DNA of 64,000 nucleotides, from the NCBI RefSeq assembly GCF_964355755.1, contig NC_092679.1:17033432-17097431 (forward strand), in the 5' to 3' direction. The notes beneath the pieces were generated by a model. It had not been told where the DNA came from. It made no database searches and worked only from the letters and a program-made list of their open reading frames with translations. Numbering within the stretch: position 1 is the first letter of the stretch; every line of letters starts with the position of its first letter. The translations under genes and the position numbers were made by a program. Origin of the DNA: Antedon mediterranea (lineage: Eukaryota > Animalia > Echinodermata). Positions 1-11,900 of this stretch are shown one piece after another.

Positions 1-2134
1 CACACACGAAGCAGATCTAGTGGTAGTCGTCAACGAAAACACGTAATTGAAGACAATTTAGAAAACAAAGAAAAGTTGTTCCGTGACGAGAACAGCAAAC
101 AAGATCATCTGTTCATAGATGACAATCCGGAACAACAGGACATTTTCAGTAATGCGGAGGAACATAGCAGTCTTCTTAGTGGGCCTTTAACTTTTTTACA
201 ATCGGATACAGTAGAGGTGTCGTCCCTGTTTAAGGAACTTGTCTCCTATGATTTAAGTGGGTCACCGAATGGTGCAAATGATTTAGCAGAGGGTCTATTG
301 TTAAGAAAGCAAGAATTAGATAACCATTTTATGAAAGCAAGAGATAGGTAAGTGAGTGTGGTATCAACATCGTTTGCAAATAACTTAATTATTTGCAAGT
401 AATTCTAGGCGACAGTCTGGCTATCGTTGTAGCGCAACGCCTAATACTTGCGTATTCCTTGAATACTTAAGCCGGCACACGAGCCCGTAATTAGAAAGTC
501 ACGGAACCAATTCCAATTATATCAAATTTCATTACCGTTTAATTACATACTTGATGTAACATACATGCAGCAACTGACCTAATTATTTCGCAGTTAATTC
601 CCATCGTTTTACTCAACATTATAGATATAGTGTTTCGAGTATTTGTATATTTACACAAGTAAATATAAAGTTACGGAAACCCAATAAAATTGAATAATGC
701 ATCTTACGCATTGAATTACATAACGTACACGGTCTAATTACAAGATACTGCACATAAATAAACTTCTAAAATTATCATACACCATTACCTTATTAAAGTC
801 AAAATATATTTAAAATATAATAAATAATATTGTTTACATAATTACATTAATGTCATGATATTTAAATACAGGCATGTGTTTCCCACAAAAGAAAAATATA
901 TAGTTTGCGTTGAATGGCCGATTAACATAGAGTTCACCAGATAACCTAGTTGGCAGGGTTATTACACAGAAACACAATAGTCAAAAGTGAGCCAAAATAT
1001 CGTGGGAGTGGGGATTAAAATTACATTTCTGCAAAATTGTTTATTGTTTGCATTGTGAAAGGTCTTGGCAATATGTTTACGTGGTCCAACGAGACGGGTG
1101 CTTAACATTTTATGAGAATAAGAAACAAGAGCAGAAAGAAATTCTGAAAGACGCCTGCGCAGTGCAGGACCTTCGAAATGCGATTGTGACCCAAGCTGTG
1201 GATTATTCAAAGAGAAAACACGTATTTAGAGTTAGGTAAGAAGTGCTATAATTATATATAGCTATTAGTAACATTGATAATTGATTATATACCGATGACA
1301 TCCAGTGATATCGAACGCGTCAACCAATGACGTCATTTGCTACACACATCGTCTGTTCTTGTCTCCTGTAAGGCGCGATAATGCCCGATGATTTATATCT
1401 TTGGGAAAACTCATCATTAAGAAGCTTTTAAATCGATTAAAATATGAATCAAAACCAATGGAGGAAGATTTTGTTTCTTCATCAAGCATATTATTTCCAT
1501 TAAAATATGCAACGTTAATTTGCTGTATTTTGTTTCACTTGCTTCTGCTTTATATAAATTCAGCAGCAAACGTAAATTTGGTAATTAACTGCAAAGTTAA
1601 TACCGGTTTCAGACGTGCTAATGTAACAAAGTGTTACATGCATATCTCCCAGGATAATTTTCCGAGTTACAATGCTTTCACACGATAGTTTTTCACGGTG
1701 GTAATTTATGCAAGTGCCATGTAAGAACTCATCAGAAATACTACTGTTGTTATGTACATCGATGCAATCTTTACAGACTTAGCTGATGGACACTGTTGTT
1801 ACATTTTGTATTTTTGTAGTGTGAATTGGTAAATGTCTCCTTTTCATCAGCACTACTTCTCATTGATGTCGTTTCAGCAACGTTGCTTTCGTAATAGAGC
1901 GGTTGTTTATTTGCTCTTCATTTCAGGTTTGCAAATGGTCTCCAGTATTTGTTTCAAGCCCAAGACGGCCGAGAGATGATGTTCTGGATCTGCAGCATGG
2001 ACAGTGCTTCGAAAGGAAAGAGATTCCTACCAGAAGGCTCTAATCTCCTCCAGCCGCAGTCAGGCTCACCGGGCAAGGTCGACAGACTGCATCAATTCAT
2101 CCGAGGTGGGATTTCCGCTCTGGCAAAAATGTAA
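1..2134 (+). CDS. 3' part of a gene ending in a beta-spectrin-type pleckstrin homology domain; exons <1-347, 1062-1235, 1927-2134 (stop TAA)
   Basis: GT-AG introns with matching phase 2 join to EGLLLRKQELDNHFMKARDRSWQYVYVVQ...LTFYENKK...AVDYSKRKHVFRVRFANGLQYLFQAQDGREMMFWICSMDSA, which parallels the beta-spectrin PH motif (EGxLxRKxE...RSW...DYxKKKHVFxLxxxxGxEYLFQA...EMxxW). Frame open from base 1; AATAAA at 2240-2245. Confidence 0.85.
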
Positions 2135-2469
2135 TAACATAAATTATGAAAGATAGTTGTATTTTTAGTAAACTTACAAATTGATAACAATGTATGCCTT
2201 CAATATGTCTTTAAAATGATATGATATATTTTGAGAAAGAATAAATTAATTTAAAAAACCAATGAAATGATTAATTCCTTTAGTTTTTAAAAAATAATTG
2301 ACCAATTTTCAGTGGATTAGCCAGGAGCGAGATGTCAATGAATCAGACCTTTATTTGTAGGTAAGTTCAGTTAGTTTGGTATCCTTGTTTCGTCCTCCTT
2401 CGGACAGGACAAATTAATTCGGTAACTAAGAGAGCAGATAGGGCATATTCTCCCTACCTAGAAAACTTA

Positions 2470-3070
2470 TCCCTGTCTGCAAGGTTTCTACAAATCTCTC
2501 TGCCTCCTCGGTCAAGTTTCTACAAATCGTCCCTCTTCCTTCTCGTTCAGGTTTCTACAAATCTTCTCTCTGCTTCTTCGGTCAGGTTTCTACAAATCTC
2601 CTCTCTGCCTCCTCGGTCAGGTTTCTACAAATCCTTCCTCTCCCTCCTCGGTCAGGTTTCTACTAATCCTCTCTCTTCCTTCTCTGTCAAGTTTCTTCAA
2701 ATCGTTCCTCTTCCTCCTCGGTCAAGTTTCTACAAATCTTCTCTCTGCCTCCTCGGTCAGGTTTCAACAAAATCTTCTCCCTACCTCCTGAGGACAAATC
2801 TTTTCTTTGTCTGCAAGGTTTCTACAAATCTTCTCTCTGCCTCCTCGGTCAGGTTTCTACAAATCTTCTCTCTACACCTCCTCGGGCAGGTTTCTACAAA
2901 TCGTTTCCCTGCCTCATGATTCAGATTTCTACAAATCTTCTCTCCGCATCCTGATTCAGGGTTTCTACAAATCTTCTCCGTGCATCCCGATTAATGTTTC
3001 TACACATCTTCTCCCAACCTATTGGGCTAGGTTTCAACAAAATCCACTCCTTCCAGGAGTTTCTACAAAA
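2470..3070. repeat. ~35-bp pyrimidine-rich minisatellite (CAGGTTTCTACAAATCTTCTCTCTGCCTCCTCGGT)
   Basis: About 16 degenerate tandem units visible; explains spurious ORF 2807-3115. Confidence 0.9.
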
Positions 3071-3524
3071 TCAGCTAAAACACAACAGTCAAATAACCAC
3101 TTGTTTTTAGTTTAGAAAGCTATTTAATATTTAAATGTATAGCTCTGTGCAATCAATGACTTTGCCAAAAAAATTACCTGAATATTTCATTTTTATTCAC
3201 TAAATTATACAATAATATATATAGAAGACTATAGTGTAATATACAAAACTCGTAGAAGAGCCAACAACAAAGATCGAGTGTTTCCTATCGACCAAAAATG
3301 CCTTTGTTCTGTACTGATCTCTTTCATTATTTAGTATTATTACAATATTTTACTGCAATTTCATTTTACTAGTTATAATACATCAATACTGAATACTGTA
3401 TTTAGGTCATTTTTTTCATAAAGGGTAGACAAGAATACATTTGTAAAAGTTAAAGCCTCGCGCACACAATTGAAAAAAATATTTTAGCAATGATGGTACC
3501 AAAGAATCTGTACCCAAACAAGAT

Positions 3525-3795
3525 ATTTTAATCAATCTTGTTGATACATTTAATCAATCTGATTGAATGAATCAATCAATCTGATTGAATGAATCAATCA
3601 ACCTGAATGAATCAATCTGATTGAATGAATCAATCAATCAATCTGATTAAAAGAATCAATTAATCTAATTGAATGAATCAATCAATCTGATTGAATGAAA
3701 GAATCAATCTGAATGAATCAATCAATCTGATTGAATGAATCAATGAATAATGAATCAATCTGATTGACTCAATCAATATGATTGAATGAATCAAT
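3525..3795. repeat. AATC/AATG-based compound microsatellite (AATCAATCTGATTGAATG)
   Basis: Direct inspection. Confidence 0.9.
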
Positions 3796-4526
3796 GCATA
3801 CTGTACATAATATGTTTAGATTTTATTTAAACTTGAGGGAGATAGGTACATTGAAGACAGGACTACAGTCTTCATTTCAAATCAATTAAATCTTGTTATA
3901 TAAATTTCTAACATGTCATTCAATTTATCCCTTAAATTCAGACTACTTTTAATCTAGACTTTTTATACAGAAAGATTTTTTTTTTTCGTTTTTCTTTTTT
4001 TTCATGCATGCTTGAATAAAAAGTTTACAAATTGTATGATGGTTACAGTTTTCATATACATCCCTGGTTATCTCATAAGCAAATGCCTATAACATGTAAT
4101 AGGACATTTTTGTAATAGTTAATGTACAAAATAAAAATTCTATTGTGAGGGAGTATGTTAAAAAGAGGATAACTATGGATTTGTGCACAGTATCTAAAAT
4201 CATTGGTAGCGCCAAGTTTAACAAAGGAATAGGGCCTTTTGATGTTGTGACATAGGACAAATACTAAAAAGCAAGAGCTGGGATGGTGCTATGACATTAC
4301 AGTTTCCAATGGAAATAGAGTAGCAATATTGTCAGACAATGCATATCTTTTAATCTTTACATGAAAAGTGTTCCTTATCGTTCAAACATTGACAAGGTTT
4401 TTTCACATTGAACTAGGTTGGCATGGTTTTAATTTGGTGGTTTACACTATCTGATTAAGCCAGCTTTATTCAAGGGATTAAGACTGTGCGTAAAACCATT
4501 TCATAGCAATTCCCAGAGTTTAACAT

Positions 4527-4672
4527 AGGGAGCTTTACCAATCAACAGTAGAAAGATAGCTTAAGATGGCTACTCAACCAAACCGAACCTATCTCACTGC
4601 TGATTGGTTAGCAAGCACACTCAAGTGCTTTTTATGCTCTTTTGCTTTGGAGTCGTTGGTGCTTAAGTCCCT
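4527..4672. mobile_element. Possible degenerate MITE with AGGGA..TCCCT ends flanked by AT (ISL2EU/Harbinger-like)
   Basis: AT|AGGGAGCTTTA at left versus CTTAAGTCCCT|AT at right; imperfect short inverted ends only. Confidence 0.3.
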
Positions 4673-5948
4673 ATTATTATCGGCGACACCAATACGTCAA
4701 ATTATACTGTTTAAATGAAGTCTTCTATAAAGAATCCCTCTAGTTAAAGAACATGTTATCTATGGAGGATTAGTATCAATTATACATACTAATGCAATTC
4801 TGGGGACAGAAACTGTTAATACTATTATCAACCAAAAAGTAAAAACAAGACCCTTAATAATGCGGATGCCGAATCAATGAATGTCTTACAAAAAAACTGT
4901 CAATTCTGACATATATAAGGCAAATAAGATAACATATCCAGATATTATATCCAGAAATTTATAATTAATGGGATGTTAAGTCTAAATTGTTTGACCATCA
5001 ATTAATGTACTGTACAGTATATAATAACTTTTGATGGGTTTTAATCATTATTAAAAAAATGTTAAGGTACTTTAAGCTATTTCCATTAGAAGAAAAATTC
5101 ATATCTTTTAATATTCACAGTTTAGTGTTAGTTGAATGGCTGTCGAGGGCATTCTGAAATATCAGAAACCTAATTATATTATTTCACAAATTTAGAATGG
5201 TAAATGTAGGTCATATAGATGACACGTAATTCACAATCAAAGTTAGTGATCCAAACAGTCACCTTATATGCGAGGATTGATGGTACTTGTGACATGACTA
5301 TCCAATACTGTTGGCCTATTAGTGTTCATTATGGAAATAGTAGTACCGGAATGTGATGTTTATACCAAGTTTATAGAACATAAAAATATATCTAGGAATA
5401 CAACTTTTCACTATTACAATCTCAAAAAGAGGTAGATTTATGTCATCACATCTCAAATAAAAAATTCAGGCATTTCATTCGTAAAAATTTATATAGATCT
5501 TTAGCAAATTTCACACACTCTTTACACAGCGGCTATCATCTCCATCCCATATGATTAAAGTCACACACATTCTTTCCAAAATATTAAACCAAAAAGATAT
5601 CACTTTGGAACCCAGACAAATACATCATTGTACTACAGAAAATGTTGTCAAATATACGTGTGTGGCGCACCTATTTATCAAGACCACATATAATATACTG
5701 CAACACAAAAATTTATGTAAAGTAAACATTTTTAAATTTGTGGTACACAAATATTTACTGTGAATCTTTATTTTGAAGCATCAGTATATTTGTGACAAAA
5801 AAACAAACAAAATTATATATACTGTGGTAGTACAACGTATTATTGCCACACCTAATTTATTTTGTATACTATTATATATTCATGACACACTAATTTCTCT
5901 GTGTCATTACTAATTTATTCGTCGGGAGGGAGCCAGATGGTATAATAC

Positions 5949-8900
5949 CTAACAGGCGGTGAGTGCAGTGGAGTCCTCAACTGGTGTCATGGAGTTGATA
6001 GTGTTCAGAGGTCTGAATGAGAAGATGGCTGGATCACACAGAAGCCTTGGAGGAATGCGACTGTTGCAGTTCGACACACTCTGAAGGAAAAAAAAGAGAA
6101 AGAAATTTAGAAGACATGAAATGTACTTTTTATTTTTTAAGTTTGAATTTTCTTGAATACCCAGTTGAAACCCCTGGTTTCAACTGGGTACACTATCATG
6201 TACATTACAGTGCCAGATACACAATGTTGACATAGGGTGGGGCCTAACAATTCTAACAAGGCCATATACTGTACATGGCTGCAGTAAAATCGCTACACGA
6301 CAGAGCGTAGCGATTCTATGGAAACGCTAGAATTTATCGGGGATCTAGTACGCGAGCGCTAAATATTCTTTGGTACGCGTATACGATTCATCGCCGACAC
6401 AATCGGCAAAGTTAAACATGGTTGAACTTTGCCGATTTGACTGCGATGAATCGGTTGCGTCGGCGACATCTGCGTGTGTAGCGATTTGAATGGAAACGCT
6501 GTAGCGACGTGTAGCGATTTTAATGGAAACCAGGCTTTAGTGTTTTACCGACCAACCGACCGACATAGCTGTAGAGTCGTGTTTGGACGCGACTAAAAAT
6601 GTACTGAAATAACTATTCTAACATAACACCCTGGTCGGTTGACAGAGAATAGCTGTACATTTTGAATGTAAATGCAACTTTTAAATTAAATATTAATCAC
6701 AAATATTGAAGAATTCTATTTAAATAAATGCAGCTTTCAAATTCATGTTAATTATAAATATTGGAAAAAATCTATTAATAGTAGTATTTATGACTCATGG
6801 CTGTCATTAGCAAATAAATTATCAATTAGTTAAAGTACTAATTACCTATTACACTAATTAACTAGGGTCACCTGACGCAGGTGAAATACAAGTATAGCAT
6901 CATCTATTACAGTATAATATTAACACAGGTATATTTTGTATGGAGGTCAAACAAACAGAGCAATTAAAATCAATGTGGAATATGCTAGGACTGCTTTTTT
7001 CGAATAGAATAGTCTTTAATAAATATCAAGCCTTGGTAGATAGAAAGCAAGCATAAGGTCTACCGTAACAGCATGATATGGCATCCAGGCAAGTTAATTG
7101 AGATTAGGTGCCTTGATGGTTAAGATTTTCATCCAGGGACCTATGTTAATAATGTTCTATCAAATATAACCCACGCTCATAATGCATCATGGAGAAACAA
7201 GTAAAACCACACTCACTTTAATTAAATTACATGATCTGGAAATATCTTACTGAAATCTATACAAGAAAGGTAATAAATGAGACTGTATAATAGATCTATA
7301 GAGAAATAACACCCACATAACACCAACAAATTTATGTTTTTATTTTTTTTTTAAACAATGTTGGAAAAAGTAATTCCTGTTATTCGGGGACTATCAATCA
7401 GTATACTTGGTCTTAAATTCTTATTATTTAAATATTCACACACAACAATTGATTGTAAATCACAACAGCCAACTTCATTTGTTGTCAATGCATAAAGAAT
7501 CCAGATAATGAATTCCATAAGGGTGGCAAACTAGCCATACAAATAGAAATAATAAGGTATTTAAAAGAAAAGTAAATATAACCATTGTAAATTTATTTAA
7601 GGCCATCGTTAGTGTATGGTAAATCGTCCCTACTGTATTATGCTGTATGATAAATATTCCTTCTGTATGGTAAATGGTCCCTATATACTGTACTGTATGG
7701 TAAATGGTCCCTATATACTGTACTGTATGGTAAATGGTCCCTATATACTGTAATGTATGGTAAATGGTCCCTATATACTGTAATGTATGGTAAATGGTCC
7801 CTATATACTGTACTGTATGGTAAATGGTCCCTATATATACTGTACTGTATGGTAAATGGTCCATATATACTGTACTGTATGGTAAATGGTCCATATATAC
7901 TGTACTGTATGGTAAATGGTCCATATATACTGTACTGTATGGTAAATGGTCCCTATACAGTATTCTGTACTGCACATGGTAAATGGTCCCTACAGTATAT
8001 ATGGTAAATGGTCCACACTGTACTGTACATGATAAATGGTCCCTATATACTGTATGGTAAATTGTCCCTTTGCACTGTAGTGTACAGTATGGTCATTAGG
8101 CGCAGGAGCCCCGGATAGCGTTACGAAGTCGTTAACTCTGTCAGCCCATGGTCAACCCAACTAATGTGTTTTTCCCAAGGACAACTTATCAATAACTAAA
8201 CTTTGTCACCACCCATAAGTGTGCTGTTCATTTCCTATTGACCAATGAACACCAATGTAACTGGAGCTGAGTTTCTTGCTATTCGACCTTGGGTGCAAAT
8301 TATACAATTAATTGATGTTAAGGCCACTGACTACTCTTTTCTGTATAGAAACACTGAATTGACTGAATAATAAGAAAACCCTTCAACAATTTCTACTACT
8401 ACTTGATATGGTGTTATACAAGAACTATATTAAAAGAATTGAATGTATGGAGAATGAAAAGTTAAACGTTATAACTTATATGTAAAACATCACTTAGATG
8501 ATATCTATCAGATATATCATTTTCTAAAAATTGTTTCATTAGTTAGAATAGATCACGGAAAACCAATACCAATACTGATCTGGACTCGGAAATTCAAAAT
8601 GTAGCAGGCAACGTTTCACCAATGAAAACTTTCAAGACAAACAAAGTATCATAATTATCATGATATCCATTTTTATTTAATAACGATAAATGGATATAAA
8701 TATTTCGTCTTTTTTGTTATTTTGTGATGGAAAATATATTGAGTGAACATTGGCACTGAGCTTAAATGTTCCCCGTCCCCTTAATGTCCGCTTTATAGGA
8801 GTGTCCCCTCAGTAAGGATTTGCTGTTTTTCCCCTTAATAATAAATTATGATGTCCATCTTATCCTCTCAATTTTAATGTGCTACACCCGATAATAGAAT

Positions 8901-11900
8901 ACACATCTAGCTCGTGTGTACTTTAAAGAACCTAGTACATCTTTCGAGACGAGTGGGGGGTTACCCCGGTGTATTAGTACATCACAGCCACTGATCACCA
9001 ACTGAGCCCCCTGGGAGACCAGTCTTTGACTGAAGAGGTTACCCAGTATAAATATATATTTCAATTCAATTCAATAGAATAACTGTACAGTAGGCTCCCA
9101 TTTGATGCAATGCGTTACCCAATGTGCTCAATTTGATTGTGCTACCCAAATCCATGCTATCCATTTGAAATAATTTGCTATCCATTTGAAAGAATGTGCT
9201 ACCCGATAATCCGTATAGAATAATGTACAGTACAATTATATCCATTTGATTGTGCTACCTAATGTGCTATCCATTTGAAATAATGTGCTATCCATTTGAA
9301 AGAATGTGCTATCCATTTGAAAGAATGTGCTACCCGATAATCCGCATAGAATAATGTACAGTACAGTACTATGATCCATTTAATTGTGCTACCCAATGTG
9401 CTATCCATTTGAAAGAATGTGCTATCCATTTGAAAGAATGTGCTACCCGATAATCCGTATAGAATAATGTACAGTACTATATCCATTTTATTGTGCTACC
9501 TAATGTGCTATCCATTTGAAAGAATGTGCTACCCGATAATCCTTATAGAATAATGTACAGTACTATATCCATTTGACTGTGCTACCTAATGTGCTATCCA
9601 TTTGAAAGAATGTGCTACCCGATAATCCGTAGGCTATAGAATAATGTACAGTACAATTATATCCATTTGATTGTGCTACCTAATGTGCTATCCATTTGAA
9701 ATAATGTGCTACCCGATAATCCTTATAGAATAATGTACAGTACTATATCCATTTGATTGTGCTACCCAATGTGCTATCCATTTGAAATAATGTGCTATCC
9801 ATTTGAAAGAATGTGCTATCCATTTGAAAGAATGTGCTACCCGATAATCCGTATAGAATAATGTACAGTACTATATCCATTTTATTGTGCTACCTAATGT
9901 GCTATCCATTTGAAAGAATGTGCTACCCGATAATCCTTATAGAATAATGTACAGTACTATATCCATTTGACTGTGCTACCTAATGTGCTATCCATTTGAA
10001 AGAATGTGCTACCCGATAATCCGTAGGCTATAGAATAATGTACAGTACAATTATATCCATTTGATTGTGCTACCTAATGTGCTATCCATTTGAAATAATG
10101 TGCTACCCGATAATCCTTATAGAATAATGTACAGTACTATATCCATTTGATTGTGCTACCCAATGTGCTATCCATTTGAAATAATGTGCTATCCATTTGA
10201 AATAATGTGCTATTTGAAAGAATGTGCTACCCGATAATCCGTATAGAATAATGTACAGTACAATTACATCCATTTGATTGTGCTACGTAATGTGCTATCC
10301 ATTTGAAATAATGTGCTATCCATTTGAAATAATGTGCTATCCATTTGAAAGAATGTGCTATCCATTTGAAATAATTTTCTATCCATTTGAAAGAATGTGC
10401 TACCCGATAATCCGTATAGAATAATGTACAGTACTATATCCATTTGACTGTGCTACCTAATGTGCTATCCATTTGAAAGACTGTGCTACCCGATAATCCG
10501 TATAGAATAATGTACAGTACTATATCCATTTGATTGTGCTACATAATGTGCTATCCATTTGAAATAATGTGCTACCCGATAATCCTTATAGAATAATGTA
10601 CAGTACCGGTACTATATCTATTTGATTGTGCTACCCAATGTGCTATCCATTTGAAATAATGTGCTATCCATTTGAAATAATGTGCTATCCATTTGAAAAA
10701 TATGTGCTATCCATTTGAAAGAATGTGCTATCCATTTGAAATAGGCCTAATGTGCTATCCATTTGAAAGAATGTGCTACCCGATAATCATAGAATAATGT
10801 ACAGTACTATATCCATTTGATTGTGCTACCTAATGTGCTATCCATTTGAAATAATGTGCTATCCATTTGAAAGAATGTGCTACAGTATCCATTTGAAAAA
10901 ATGTGCTATCCATTTGAAAGAACGTGCTACCCGATAATCCGTATAGAATGCACAGTACAGTTATATCATCCATTTGATTGAGCTATCTATTGTGCTATCC
11001 GTTTGAACTAATGTGCTGTCTGTTTGAAATAATTCAGGTTTTTTTTTTAAAATATGGTTTGCTATCCATTTTAAACGTGCTAAACAAGTTACATATTTGT
11101 TGAAATAAATTTGCGGTACACCACGTAGGCCTATATTAGTTCTGAAAAGAACTGTTGAGTTGCTTGACGTTTCGATTTAGGCCTACTCCAAAGTCAAAGT
11201 CTCCAAAGCTATTCCATCATGTCGTGTTCGGGGAATCGCCCACAAGTGTTTTCTGTATGGGGTTCTGTATGCTATTTGTTAATGATGTACAAAAAATGAA
11301 ATGAAAAATCATATTAATTATCGGTATGTACGGAGAGGAAGCTCGAACAAGACGAAGCGCGAAACAAATAAAAGCGCAGCGCGAAACATCTGAAATGATA
11401 TACAATTTCTCAAAACATGAAAACACAGAATATATTATATTAATATAACTTTTTAATATTTCCAAAGGCTCGGACAAGGAAGAAGGGCCTTAAAAAACTG
11501 AATTGCTATATGTTAGACCACATTTCCATAACTTTTCAAAACTCATCGAACCCTCTGCTAGTAGGCCTAATTAATATAGGAGCGTATCGCCAAATCATTA
11601 GAGAAAAAAAAACATGGCATGAAGATGTAATTAATCAAACAACGGCCAAAGAATACCAACAATTTTAATTTAGGTTTCGATTCGTAATTACTAATGTGGT
11701 GGACTAAGCCTAGTTTGAAACTATAGTGACCATTTATTTTAGAAAGAAAGATAGACAAATTTGTTTCCATCTCCATGTTATTGTTAATACCAAGGCACTT
11801 TTCAATTAAAATCCATTTGAAATAATGTGCTACCCGATAATCCTTATAGAATAATGTACAGTACTATATCCATTTGATTGTGCTACCCAATGTGCTATCC

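Noticed and set aside
7475-8007. Repetitive ORFs 7475-7975 and 7753-8007
   Set aside because: Translation of a minisatellite.
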